From the NCBI GenBank assembly GCA_040954595.2, contig CM082583.2, positions 12,500,987-12,564,986 of the forward strand: DNA of 64,000 nt, in the 5' to 3' direction. Below are positions 1-13,640 of the stretch, one piece after another. Position 1 is the first letter of the stretch, and every line of letters starts with the position of its first letter. A program made the translations under genes and the position numbers. Origin of the DNA: Balanoglossus misakiensis. Taxonomy: Eukaryota; Animalia; Hemichordata. The notes under the pieces are model-generated. The model was not told where the DNA came from, did no database searches, and was given only the letters and a program-made list of their open reading frames with translations.

Positions 1-2
1 AG

Positions 3-2409
3 GTCAAAAAACTGCAAGAAGCGCTGAACGATGCCGAACAGAGGAACGTGGTCTCCATGGATGACTATGAGGAATTGAAAGTCTCCAATGAAGTGGAAGT
101 GGAGAACTTGCAGATCCAAGTTGGGAAATTGACGGAGGAAGTAGAGGATCTGAATTTCAGGGTAGGAGTGGTAGACTTTTTTTCATTTGTGAGACATAAT
201 ACTGGCTTCTAACTGATAAATCAACTTGTGTTGCCATTCTTTTTTTCAGCTGTCGGAAGTGATGGAAGAGAATGCCAACCTGATGGACACCATCAGCGAA
301 CAGAGTGAAACGGGAATTCAAAAACAGCTGCTGCAGACTCTGGAAGTGAATAAACAGCTGCAAGAGACAAACAAACATCAGGCCAAGCAGCTGCAGACGA
401 TGGAGTTCGACCTGGACAAGTACGTGAAACTTCACCAAGAGCTGTCAGAGGCCAACGAGCAGCTGCAGAAAGAGCGGGAAAATATGGCGGGAATTCTGCA
501 GGAACAGGACGAGGAACTTCACCTCAAGGAGGAGCAGTACCAGATTCTGTCGCACGAGACGGAGAACATCGAGAAGAATCTGCACGAGCAGATGCTGGTC
601 GCCGAGGAGATGCGGCGGAAGTTGGAGGAGAGCGAAGAGAAGAGAGGCGATCTGGAGAAGCGGATGGTGATCGCCGTGGAGACGCAGGGGAAACTGGAGG
701 AGGCTGAGCAGCAGAAAAACGATCTGCAACAGCAGGTGCTGGTCGCCGAGGAGATGCGACGCAAACTGGAGGAGAACGAACGGCAGAGGAAAAATCTGCA
801 GGACAACCTGGAGAAACAGACGTCGTTCTTCACAGAGCAACTGAAGAGGGAGGGTGAAAAGTACGACGAACTCCTGCAGCAGAAGCAGGATCTAGAGGAC
901 AGTCTCCAGAAAGCCGAGAATCAAGACAAGGATCTTAGCAGCGATCTCAGAGCGGAGAATGCAAAGCTGCACGAAAAACTGCGCAAACAGACACTGGTTT
1001 TATCTCACAGGGAAAACGATATCAAGAGACTAGGGGAGTTACAGAGAGAGAATGAGCTGCTCAGGGAGAGTCTACAAGAGCAGATGCAAACCGCGTCACA
1101 AAGGGACAGTGAAGTGGAGGTAAAGGCTGAAGACTTGCAAAGAAAAAATGCAGCATTACAAGAAACTGTGAAACAACAAGCAATAGCACTGACCAGGCTA
1201 GAAGGTGTGATCCAAACAATGGAAAAAGTGGACAAGGAAAATGAGGAATTGAAACATACTGTGCAAAAACAGACTCTTGCTTTGGCGGAGAAGGAAAGTG
1301 GGGCCAGGAATCTTGAGGATGTTCAGAGAGAGAATGCAGAGTTGAAAGATTGTGTGGAAAAACAGGCGCTGGCGATGTCCCAGCTGGAAAACGGGATCCA
1401 GGACTTGGAAAGACTAAGCGAGGAGAACGATAAATTGAAGGACATGGTACAGAAACAGACAGTTGCATTGACGCAGAAGGAAAGCGAGGGGCAGCATGCA
1501 GAGGACTTGAACAAGGAGATCGCCAAACTGCAGGACACCGTTCAGAAGCAAAGAGTTGCTCTGCAGGAGAGCAGCAAACACGAGAGGAGAATCAAGGAAC
1601 TGTCGCATGAGAAGAAGAAACTGCAGAAGACAGTCAAGCAGCAGTCAGAGTTCATGGCCGCCACTGAAGACAACATCAAGAGGTTCGAAGGTCTCCTGGC
1701 CGAGAACACCAAGCTGCAGGAGAGGATCCAGAAGTCAGAGGAGAATGCGGTGCAGCTGACCGCACTGAGACAGCGACACCTGCAGCTGCAAACCGAGAAC
1801 CAGGACCTGAAGGAGACTGTTCAGAGACTGACCACAGAGCGACGGACGCAGCCCAACGGTGTCCCACCAGCCATGGCCAGCACGCCCACCCAGAGCAAGT
1901 CACTGGAGGAACTGAGCGCTGAAAACCGCAAGCTGAAGGAAATCACCCGCAAGCAGGCAAAGCTGCTGCAGCAGGAAGGGACCAGGCAGACCTCGCAGTC
2001 GAGGATCGACGCCCTGCAGAAGCAGGTGGCTAAACTGCAGCAGCAGTTGACGGAAGTGGATGGCAGATACAGAGACACTATCAGTACATATAGAACTCAT
2101 CTCCTGAGTGCCGTGCAGGTAAGTGGACAACTTGGAACAGTCAGATCAGATCAGAATGGAGTATACTTCCAAACACTGACAAAGCATTGGTTTATTGTCA
2201 CCTATGCAAATTTAGCCACAGGTAATACCCCGGAAATTGACATCTGGCCAATCACAGATTTTCACTTGGATGGCACTGTGTAAATTAGAAAGGATTGAAT
2301 TCTTTAAACATTTGGTCTTTTTTTCTTTTCACAGGGAGACATAGACCCTGGAGTCAAAGAAGCTCTGTCGCAAATTGCTAAATTGCGAAGTGCAGAAAAG
2401 TTTTGTTAA
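3..2409 (+). CDS. 3' part of a UACA/RAI14(ankycorbin)/ANKRD24-family long coiled-coil protein (5' ankyrin exons presumably off-window)
   Basis: In-frame exons 3-161, 250-2118 and 2335-2409 with GT-AG introns. The spliced C-terminus YRTHLLSAVQGDIDPGVKEALSQIAKLRSAEKFC* resembles the conserved UACA/RAI14/ANKRD24 tail (YRTHLLSAAQGHMDEDVQEALLQI). The rest is E/Q/K/L-rich coiled coil. Confidence 0.8.
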
Positions 2410-5039
2410 AAATGGTTTAAACTCTTGCATCTGATCTTTAACCTGTCTCTGGAGTAAGTCGTTGTTGTAAATTTGTTACCTTTCTGAAGTGGCCGCTATA
2501 AATTATAAGTAAGTTACAGGACAAATAGCATTGAAATGTCATATTTATGATGAAAACTTAATCAGAATAATTCTCTTCCCAAACATTGACAAATCATAAG
2601 TGCATTTCTTAGACAAAGGAGTTTGAAGAGGTTAAAGGCCGGATGTAAGTGTTTATTCTTTTTTGTTGACCTTGACTTTGACCATCGAAATGCTCACCTT
2701 GATTTTTTTCAAAGATTCACCTTGAGCTTCATAGTAGCATGAAAAGAATTTGTGGGTCCAATTTTTGTCATGTTTATTGACAATACACAGGGTTTTTCTC
2801 CCCTTTATGTTCACTGTAGAATAGTAATGGTTTTAGCTTTTGATACGAAAACATTTTAGGGATGATGGCTTCCTGGAAATTTACATATCTAATTTTCAAG
2901 CAACTGGTATTTGACCAAAACTTTGTAAGAAAGCTAGATTTCCTATATAACCTCTTTTCTACCAACATTTGTAACTGTCTGCTTTTCAGTTAAATTTCTT
3001 CGTGAAATCTTTAGGAAGTTAATTTATAACATAGGATAAAATTCTAAATTTTATATTACCCCCCGAAAACAACAAATGAAGGGTCATTTGTTTTACCTCA
3101 TTTTTGCAAATTTGACATAAACTCTCGAGCAAACAATAAGAGTTTGTCATCTATACAATACCTTTTTATAGTTTTATTTACCCCAGATAAATCCCATGTG
3201 TTAGGATATCAATATTTGGTATTATAACAAATAACATTTATATTTATATGGTGTTTTTGTGAAGTTGAATTTTCAGTTCATATAGCCAATGTGTACCATT
3301 ATATTAACCATGACATGACATGTACCAAAGCATGGCACATGCAGAGCTGTTTGTAGCTCCTATATTTATTTGTTCAGTTAAAAAGTTGAGTTTATCTTAA
3401 ACACGTTTCACAGTGATTCGAAGATGCTTATGTTTACTATTGGAAATTGAGGGTATTTGATAGTAATCTGGGTTTTACCTGCGAAAAATCTGTTAGCAGC
3501 TGTATTTTAATGTAATAGATGATATATTTTTTAACTGCTTCCTTCGCTTGAAAACAGGAAGCCGAGAGTTTAGATTTTAAATCCATGCTTGTCAAGTTTT
3601 CTTCTTCCAAGAATTTTAATCAGGATAAATTAGGTGAGGAGAGTTTCGGGAGATGTGAGGTCAATTTAGGCTATGCATTCAAGTTATCTGACAGTACTAT
3701 GAACCAAACATCCTGAAAAATTTTGTAGTTCTGTGGCTCTTCCATTGAACAGATTCATACATGCACGTCCGTGCATATCGCATGTATTCTGTTACTGGCA
3801 CATACAATGTTCATACTCACACTCATTGATATTTTGTTATGTCGTTCTGACAAATCAGATACCTTCGAAATTGCATAAGAGATTGCTGTCTTAGAATTTT
3901 AAATACTTTTTGAACTATTTTTAAAATGCTGTTTTTTAAACTTGCGTTTCTCTACCTCCAGAAGAAATACATATAATCTTTTTTTTTGTATTGCATATTC
4001 AACTCAAACTTTTTACACGTACACATTTGTTCATATGTAGCAGCTTTTTGTCAGTTTTGCATAAAAGTGTCGTTTTTATCATTTGAGAAAAAACTGTCCA
4101 AGTAATCAGCATTGTGTGACTGACTTTCATACTTGTTGATCGCAAGCTGCACAGACTAAATACGAAAAAAAAAACAAAGTAACTACGGTGGTGTCTTGAG
4201 GGCGCTGTCATAAAAGTGATGCAAAGTCAATATGTTTCATAAGCACGAGTTTTATAAACTTCATCAGAACATACCAGTAACATATTTTGTATACAAACAA
4301 AAACAGCATTTATATGATGTGTATTTAGGATTTAACATAATCACTATGGACTCCATTGACTAGTTATTCAAGACAATACTTTGTGACTTGTTCAACTTCA
4401 AACAAAAACAGCATTTTCTCCATATGTTATATATATTCCGAATTTGGCATAAAACCCAGTTTTGAAATAAAGAGGGACAGTTGATACTCTTGGTGCTACT
4501 GCGTATTTTGTTCCAAGCTGTTGATGCGCAAGTTTTATATGGTGGTCAGAGGAGTCGCTTTTTATTTTTATTTTTTGCAAATTGGCCCCATAAGCTTCCG
4601 TACAAATCGACTTTCACACGAATTCTGAGTGTCCTTGTCCGCCTTGCCTTTTTACGAGAATATATTGTTTGTAACGGTTGACCGAACACAATGGCACGCT
4701 AGAGCAAATACAAAGTAACGCAGGGTTCTTGACCTGGCAGTGAATGCATTACTTTACTAAGCTATGCGTAGGAGGTCAAACTGTCTTGGCTTCAGTGAAT
4801 GTTTGCCGTGAGAATACGACCCCGCAGTGCGCATACCAATATGCAGAACGCCATATTTACCAACTGGTTTAGTGACTTCTACAAGTGAGTGCACGCCCAT
4901 ACCAGAGTATCATTAAATCTACCTGTGTTGGACAGCGCACTGTCATAAAGCAGTTAAAAACGAAGTCAGGCGTTAACGCTCATTCGGGCAGACGGTTCAA
5001 ACCACCATTTGTTACGGACGTTCTTAAACAGACGGCAAG

Positions 5040-7543
5040 ATGAATGATATACAAACAGTCGAGTTGCAAGCAGAGAATTCCCCCGAAGAATTTCACCATT
5101 ACTACCTGGGGAAGCGAATGCCGGCCCACGCCCCGGCAGAAACTCTGGAGTCGATCAAACGGTACTTCGACGTGCGGCCTGATGATGTATACATAGTGAC
5201 CTACGTGCGATCAGGTAAAACTTTTTACTTTTTATTTTTGAGAGTGGCTACGCCCAGGCCGCCCAATTCCAACAGGTGGCCTACAGTAGTGACTGGCCTG
5301 TTGGCTGACCAGCCAAAATCCAGACCACGTTTATTGTCAAGGAACGTGGAGACTGTTTGTTCTCTGTAGATGTAAACTGGCGTATTTTACACCAAAGTTA
5401 GACATGATCAGTCTAACAGGTGGACACAAGACCGGGAGACTATCATGTACAACATTAGGCGAAAGTGTTTAGGTATAAACAGACGAAAAGCGTCCTAAAT
5501 CTCAGCCTATACGTTCACTACATCTTCTGTTCGTAACATTATTTCTTCCTCAATGAATGTCTCTCGGATCGAGACTCTTTATCATTAACTCTATGTTGAT
5601 GTGGAGCTGCTAAAGGGGTTTGTTAATAGTACGACCAGAGAAGGAAAAGAACAGTTAGATAGCCAATTGCTACCGTATATATGTAATGAGGTCAGCGCAC
5701 CTTACAATCCCATATTGGTTACTTGGTATAACAATGCATATGGACAGCGCACCTTTGTTGGTGTCTGTTCAATGGAAACGATTGAACACGGACAGTGGTT
5801 CCCTTTCTCATTAATCCATCGCGAATGTGCAGTGGGATGATATGTCTTGTCAATGATAACTTTGGAGAAGTTGCGTGGGTTAGAAAGAGAGAGAGATAGA
5901 CATAGAGAGACAGAGAGAGAGAGATGAAATGTTGTCACAAGGAATTCTCCGACAATTTCACTTCAAGGTACTACAATGTTGGGAGAAATGGTCGCTTCTG
6001 TCTCTTCCTATGATGATTTGGAAGGCATGTGCAAGAAACCACTGACAGAGAGGGTGCCGTTTTTGGACACCGGTCCCGGAGCCGGACTCACCAGACCTAC
6101 CTACGAACGGATAGCAGCGTCTCCATCACCGAGACTGATCTGTTCCCATTTACCGTACGAGTGGATGCCCGTGCAGTTCTATGACGTAATGCCCAAGGTG
6201 AGAGGACAGTGACGGTGACTGTCATTACATTTCGGGAAAAGATGGGAAACCACATCGTCGTAAACTACGACAATTTCCGAGTTGCCTCCGTCTGTCGCGG
6301 AGATAGATGACTCTGGCTCGCGATAATGGGTAACCATGGAAAACAGAAAGAAGCCACGAAATGTATCCAGATATTAATTTTTCATAAAACTGAATTATAT
6401 TCCAGTGAATATGTCTGCATAATATAATGCTAAATATTACCTCTGTAGACAATATACATGGCCAGGGATCCCAAGGACGTGGCGGTGGCATGTTGGCAGT
6501 TTAGCAAGCAATACCAATATGTCGACACGGTCGAAGACTGGGATGACTATTTTGAGATGTTCTGCTCAGGGGACGGTGAGTATGTCTTTACATGTAGAAC
6601 AGTGAAACAGCGAGGAATTGTGAGGACTTTTCACCTTCTTTGCATATGTCAGTATCTATAATGGTTGCAAACCTGAAGCATAGCCGTCTCTTATGCAAAT
6701 ACACAGAAGGCTAGACGGAAATTTCCAAGTGGAGGTGGTCCAGGTGGCTCCAACCAATCAGCAGCGACAACTTTGTGTATTTTTTTCAAAGCTCCGTTCA
6801 GATTTTTCTACCATAAAAAAACTATTGGAGGGCACCTCTCTCTCTCTCTCTCCTGATACAATAGTTTATTAAGTTTCCCGTTAATAATTTCTATAGTCAT
6901 CTACGGATCTTGGTTTGATCACGTGTTGGGCTGGTGGAACCGAAGACACGATGACAATATGTTGTTTTTAAAGTTTGAAGACGTCCTCACCGTAAGTGTT
7001 CTCGGGTTTTCATTTTTTGCGTGAAAGTTGCTTTAATATACTTTACGTAACGATGTTTCCGATAAATACTTTCTGATAGGTAGCCATTTTGAATTTTAGA
7101 CAATTTTGCTCTCTTTTGATGACGAAATGAGAATAGAAATGAGGCGTTGTGCCACAAATGTTCGTCCATTTTCTTTGCTCATTTCTGTAGGCCCCAGGCG
7201 ATGTCGCCGACACCATTGCTGAATTCCTCAACATGTCATTATCTGATGACGACATCAAGAAGGTGCTGCAGTATACATCGCTGCACGTAGGGAAAGAAAA
7301 GGGCGGAAACTTAGCACGGAACAAACGTTCCAGTGTCAAGGAATCACTTAAAAAGGGTAAGACAGCTGACCGAGAAATTGAAATGTGTCTGACTGTTGTA
7401 TTCGACTTCAAAACTCTAACAAATACATCTTATTTCCAGGACATGTTGGTAGCTGGAAGGACCATTTCACAATCACCCAAAAGGAGATTTTCAGCGAGCT
7501 TTCATTCGACAGGTTAAAAGGAACTGGCCTATGCTACTATTAA
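5040..7543 (+). CDS. Cytosolic sulfotransferase (Sulfotransfer_1; SULT1/SULT4-like) with degenerate PAPS motifs
   Basis: Six exons: 5040-5214, 5968-6197, 6449-6575, 6897-6991, 7191-7356, 7440-7543. Motifs: VRPDDVYIVTYVRSGTT (5'PSB loop), ERVPFLD, SPRLICSHLP (catalytic His), IYMARDPKDVAVA (3'PB), YGSWFDHVLGWW, LFLKFED, KKGHVGSWKDHFT. Confidence 0.9.
5885..5924. repeat. (GA)n microsatellite in sulfotransferase intron 1
   Basis: Interrupted GA run agagagagagatagacatagagagacagagagagagaga. Confidence 0.8.
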
Positions 7544-8161
7544 AAGCCGCACGTCAGCCAAATTCGTGGGCGCGGTAGCTGTCTATGCACGTATATCCAG
7601 ACACTATGCAGTTACCGAACAGATGATCGTTCAAGCTTTGGAAAATCGACCATACTGGCAGACGATCGCAGTTCTATCCATCCGCGTTCAACTCAACCGA
7701 TATGCAAGTATGTAATATTATAAAAAAGGCCACGTGAGAAAAGGCGTGGTCATCGTTACATGACCTAACGGTGAATTTATCATTTCAAGATTTTCGTCTT
7801 TCTTTGCAATTATATTTCACTTGACAGTGACATAGGTAGGGTTACTGTCTTTTAAGGTGACTTGTGAGTTTCTCAAAAACAGTGTCTCAAGTTTTAAAAC
7901 TTTCTTAGAATTTTAATTATGACAATATAAACAAATTAAGTAATGGAAAAAAAACGATCTTTGGAAATATTAATTAACGACTGTGATGAAACTAATCTGT
8001 CTTGTAATAATCGAAGACACAGGTGTCTTATCCTTAATAAAAAAGAAGATATTTTATTATCATGGTTGCCTTACAGAATACATATGTTTTGAAGCCAAGG
8101 CTAAGTGACAATAGGGTTAATATATGATGTTTTGTAAAGGGATCTGTTCCATGTCGGTTGA

Positions 8162-11100
8162 TCACCTGACGTGATCAACCTCTGTGGAGTGTTCTTCTGT
8201 TGAACCGTTGCTCTGTAGATTTCTGTCCTGTGATGACGATGCAAAGATGACGTCTAACATTCCCATCACTTCAAACAAATTTTCTTGAAAGCGGAGTTCA
8301 TTGTCAAGTTTTAACTGAAGGCGTTGGATCTCGGCAAAGACATTCGGCGACTGGCTGAATGTGGGGGAATATATATCTGTAATTCAATAAAAACAAAAAA
8401 CAAATTGGAACTACAAGTTGACATGAATGCTCAATCTTGTCTGTCTAGAAGCGTAGTAGAGATTGAGAAAAGTTCACCAGTATTTCAAGTAGTCAAATCA
8501 GTTAAAGAAACAACTTACCGATCACAAGGTTCGCGACATCGACCAGCGTCGCTGTAAATCTGGCATTTGTGACGTTCTTGCAAAGGAAACTGAGCAGAAC
8601 TCGCAGCCACCCTTCATCTCTGCCTGCGAGGGCAGTCTTCAGACCACCTCGCCTTATCAGTTCCTGCAGAAGGCTGACCACCACATGCGGTGTCTTGGTC
8701 CGAATTTTGGCCTGGAAATTTAAGAGTGACTCATTTATTTGAATCTATTTGTATTGCAAGTCAAGTCTTTTTATGCTGAAATTTACCAACACAGGATGAA
8801 ATGACTGGGGTTGGATGACACTAAAAACAGTCTTTTTAAATCATTTTTATAACATATTTTTGGACTTACTTCCAACAGGACTGCATCCAGAGCCTTAGAG
8901 TATGCAAAGGATCTCAGGTGTCTGTCATATTTTGGGAGTTTTTCTTTCGCTATGTCTTTAACTATCAAGTCATCCTAGAAAGAGATTGATGAGTATATTT
9001 GTCAAGATGCACTTCACAGAATAGATTACCTTTCATAGCACACCAACGTTTCATACAATTCTTACCTGCACCGGCTGATACAATGGTTTATTTCTGGAGA
9101 AGAACCTGTAGTTCCCACTCTTTTCAGGCTTTGTTGGTTTGGGTGCGGACTCAGTCTTGCGATGTTGTATTGAAAGCAAGCCATCGGCCATACCAACAAC
9201 AACGGTCTTCTCATCGGGCTGAAAGTGTACAAAACTGAACTGTTGTAGTCAAATTCTCATATGATGTGATGTAAACAAACTTGTGAATTGATAGTCACAG
9301 AAGCTTACTGAAAAAAAAGATATTTTTTGATAAATACTCACTGACAAGGCGAGGCTGAGAATAGCACCTGGGTAGGTGAGGCTATGTACTGCTTTGTAAG
9401 TTGTGAGGTCGTAAATCTTTACGTGTCTGCAAAAGAGGAAGCATTAGACTTTATACACCATGATTCCACTCATCTGCTGGATACATGCAATCAATCAGGT
9501 TTGAAGACTGCCCAAAAGAAACGTATCATGAATCAAAATCTTCCAAGAGGGCGCCACCACAGGTTGGCATTGCATTTCACTTGTTTTTCCTTTTCATTCA
9601 TATCTATCCTAAGCAGTCTGACAAGGCACCTCTTGAAGTGGACTAGAATGAAAACACTTACCTATCTAGTGAACCAGCTAGCACTCTATCATTGGAACTG
9701 TTGAAACACAGTGACGTCACTGTCTTGTGATGACTTCCAAAAGTTGCAAGTAGTCGGCCTCCTGACAAACAATCCCACACTTTGATAAAAGGACCACCTG
9801 AATCAAGAACAAGAATGAAAAGTTAAGGAAGTCAAGTAACTGCAATTGTGTGGCCCAGATCAGAATTATTATCCCAATAATATCAATAAGAAAATTCCTG
9901 AAACAGGATGGGTCATAACTGTAGTATCATTATGACTTCTGACTGTACATATATGGAGTGTGTTGACAAGATAAATCCTGGTCACACATCTGACCTTAGT
10001 CACAACTCCTTACCTGCTGACATGAACATACTACTGTTGGGGAACATCAGCACAGCTTCGATAGGTTGTCCGTGATCCACCGTGAAAATACTATTTTGCG
10101 TCCTGACGTCAAAAAGTTTCGCTGTGTGATCGTATGAGCCTGCAACAAGAACACCCTGGATGTCAAGACACTTAATTTGGTGCAGATGTTTTGCACGCAT
10201 GTCACCAATGATGGGCATTTCCACATCGGCCTCGCTTTGAGTTCAAATTCATGGTGACTGCATGAGGGCACTAGACTTATGGAAAAAAAGTGTTTTGGAT
10301 ATCCTTACCGGTGAGTAACAGATCTTTGTTGGTTTCACTCACAACACCCGTTCGTATATAGTCTTTATGTTCGGTAAATTTATGGAGTTCTTTCTCGTTG
10401 GAAATATCCCAGTATCTCACACTGTTATCGTCGCCACCGGTCATCACGTGAACTCTGTCCAAACAGAATCGGCTGACATGTACCCCGCTGAAACAAATGG
10501 TCACATTCAAGATAAATGTCAATCAAGATTACCAAATGTACCTAAAAGGTCAGTATATTTTCCTGTAAATGCTCTCAAATTGGTCGAAAAAACATGAGTT
10601 TATAGCACCTGAGTACATAGACTGACTAGTCTTACCCTACATGCCCATGGAACATCCTGAGTACTGACCGACCTCCCTGGCTCACATCAAACAGCCTCAC
10701 CGCGCCCTCCTCGCCGCCAGCTAACAACAGTTTTCCGTCATTCCGGAAACTGCCACAGTAAGCAGTGTCTTTGAACCGAGAGATGGTTTTCACGACTTGA
10801 TTCGTTTGAGGACTGTAAATCTGTACCTGTACAGAAAATGGGTAAAGCATGTTTGTCAGGTTGTAGTGCAGGTACTGTTGTGTTGCCAAGTCGCATAGAT
10901 GCATACGTTTTACTTACCCTGGCAGAGCTGGTCACAGCAAAGTTGTGTGGCTCCGTGGGTGAAAATTCTATGTGACTTACAGCTCCAAATTCTTTGACAG
11001 TAACAGGAAACTGGGAAAATAAGAGAGACAGAATTCAATCAGTGATGTTTCTCTGTGTTTATCCAGGGTGTCAGTAGACCCATGGACGTGGTAGACCGTA

Positions 11101-11310
11101 ATCACACGTGGTTGAAATTGGCCATGTTGCGGCACCTTATCATACGGCAGTGACACACACCTTACGTTTCCTTGTAAAATGGACATAGGGATCAAAATAT
11201 AAAACTGGTGACAATACCTCTAAACTTTGCCAATAAACATCGTCACTTGTGACCTGTTCACCAACATCACTTGGAACAAGCACAGATGTTTTCTTATAAG
11301 GCGCCGCCAT
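8162..11310 (-). CDS. UTP15: U3 snoRNA-associated protein 15 homolog (WD40 + UTP15_C)
   Basis: ATG at 11310 (MAAPYKKT...DDVYWQSLE), then spliced FPVTVKEFGAVSHIEFSPTEPHNFAVTSSAR, VKTISRFKDTAYCGSFRNDGKLLLAGGEEG, EHKDYIR, GSYDHTAKLFDVR, DHGQPIEAVL, KYDRHLRSFAYSKALD, ELIRRGGLKTALAGRDE. Last exon ends in TGA at 8162-8164. Confidence 0.95.
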
Positions 11311-13409
11311 CTTGGTTATCTCGTGTTGACCCTTGACCTGACAATTGTTGCACGGTAGATGGCGCTTGCACACTGTAACCATGGCATTTAACCATGGAGG
11401 TTTTTAGTACCTCCATGTTGGACTAAAGCAAATGATGTGAAACAACGTGTACAGAACTGCAGAAAGAAAGAAACATGCCAATCATTTCTCTACATCATTT
11501 TGTCGACGTCTGAATTTATGTCATTGCGATATTGGAAGACTTGAGTTGATGAATGTATGACAGCGGACAGCGGAGATCACGATCGTGTCAACCTGATAGA
11601 CTAATTTAGTTACTCGAAACCACATTGCAAATGTGTATATTCAGTCATTCATCAGAGGTCAAATCCAAGGATATTTTATTATGTTACACGTACACCCATG
11701 TCCACTTATACAACATTCACAGCATGAGCTCAATTTATTACGTTTGATACACATTACTGAAACAGGTGACGTTTAATCCAATTGTTGTTGAGCCCTAATG
11801 CATTCATTATTCCTTGTGATTCTTAATAAAAATTTAATATGACTTTCTGTAGATACATATTTGAAACTATTATTATCAAATGAAATATAAATATTGGACA
11901 ATGATTGTCTAAATAATGTGACGTTGAAATCCCAATTTATGCCATGAGTTCATTTCCACATAATTATCCAATTACGTCAGATATGTAATTAAGTCCAATT
12001 AAAACCACCAATCATGCTAATGATTCAAGGAATTTGAATAATTATAGACGAAGTATACGGTTACATCACCATACCGTTATTGACCTCTACTTTAATTTTA
12101 TTTTAATCGAAGGTTGTGAGGTATTTTGGTAAAGAAACGGCTGAAAGAATGATGCAAGTATATAGGGCTTTAATCATAGGCCTTCATATCAGCATGAGAG
12201 TCAAGTTGGGTTAACAAGGTAATTGTTGAGATAGGATTACGTAATAAATGTGTTATATGTGTTTCTCTTGGATCGAAATCATGCATGAATTTATACATTT
12301 TGGAATATGTCGAAATTGTGACTATAATACCCTCTATACATCCATAAGATACCTGCGTTCGGAGTCATGACAACGACGACTTACTTTTTTTTTACCTGTG
12401 AGGACCAAGTAAACGACAGAATTTGCAAATGAACTCTTTCCATATTTTCCCGCGTAGTGGCGTAAAAGAAGCCAAAAAAGGTGTTAGACATCTATACACA
12501 AATATAGATTTCATGCTTGATCGTGCATATTTAATGCATCACGTTTACATAATTTACTACTTTCATAACAACAAATGGCAAAATATCACTGAACCATTTT
12601 CCCAGTCGTGGGTTGGAAATAATAGAAATTAAGCTCTTTGTCAAAGGTATTCATGTACAGCGAAGCGGCACTTTAAAACAATAAGTGTTTTCATGTACAA
12701 CCGCGGTACGGTACACCCATAATTAAGGAAAGTGGATATGGCCTCTTAGAAACGGTAAAGTGCATTGATTTGTAAATTGCAATTTGCAGGGGAAACGCAA
12801 CCACAAGGGGGGTCATATTCAAGATGTGTCCGTGGGTAGTGGACTTGAAGACGAAAATCATGCAAATATAGTTTAAATCGTATTGATTTTATCGACCAGA
12901 GAGGACTTTACAGCAAGTAGTTACATTTGCTGACTTATGTTTGATTCTTTCCTGGATTATTTTCCTGAGAGGAAACACGTCCCTAAACATTTGCTCACAA
13001 AACATGGTAGCCCTAAAGGGAGTTCGTTCACTAGTATACCGGACTAGGGAAAGTATGGGTGTCCAACGGAAGCAGATAATTATCCCTGAGTCATAGGGCT
13101 TCCGTTGAATGCAAGGGGGGGAAGTATGAAGATGGTGTGGCGGGGGTTTGGTCAATAATACGTCTTGTCGTGTATTGTTCGTATTCTTTTCTTCCGAACA
13201 AAAGTCTTACCATTAGCAGATGTAAGTTGGATTACCCGAACTATTAAGGAGTCGCATTCAAGCAATCACGTGACTTGCTCGGTATTTACAGTTTGATGTG
13301 TCATACGAAAAGATATAATGAATAATGGCGGTATCGTTACTGTTTCCAGCATCAATAGCCATTTACATCCAATTGTTTTATCTGACTGACGACCAGTACA
13401 GTGAAAAGA

Positions 13410-13485
13410 AGCCAATGCTAGATTTGCATATCAAATTACATAATAATTACATTGGACGAATTGCATTGACGTAAGCCCCGCCTAC
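13410..13485 (+). promoter_or_regulatory. Putative ARID3 proximal promoter motif cluster
   Basis: CCAAT (13412), octamer ATTTGCAT (13422), reverse CCAAT (13451), CRE-like TGACGTAA (13467) and GC box GCCCCGCC (13475), about 160-230 bp upstream of the predicted ATG. Confidence 0.5.
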
Positions 13486-13640
13486 ATTTTATTTATGTTC
13501 GAAAACGGAATCTTGGGAAGCAGATGAAAATTTAATTTTCAGGTTCAACATCAGTGAGGCCTGATATTACATTTGCGGAGAAAGGCAGCAAAGTACACAT
13601 TTTCGTCGCACAAAAGTTTTTTTTCCCAATCGCCTAAGTT

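Noticed and set aside
157-2130. Many minus-strand ORFs over the coiled-coil exon
   Set aside because: Antisense shadows of CAG/GAG/CTG-rich coding sequence.
11040-11145. C/D snoRNA candidate in UTP15 intron 1 (ATGATAA...CTGA on the minus strand)
   Set aside because: Imperfect C box, no proper terminal stem and no convincing rRNA antisense element.
11393-11417. 9-bp-stem hairpin CATGGAGGT...ACCTCCATG upstream of UTP15 (TAGTACCTCCATG recurs near 45743)
   Set aside because: Too short to separate from chance or a tiny repeat remnant.
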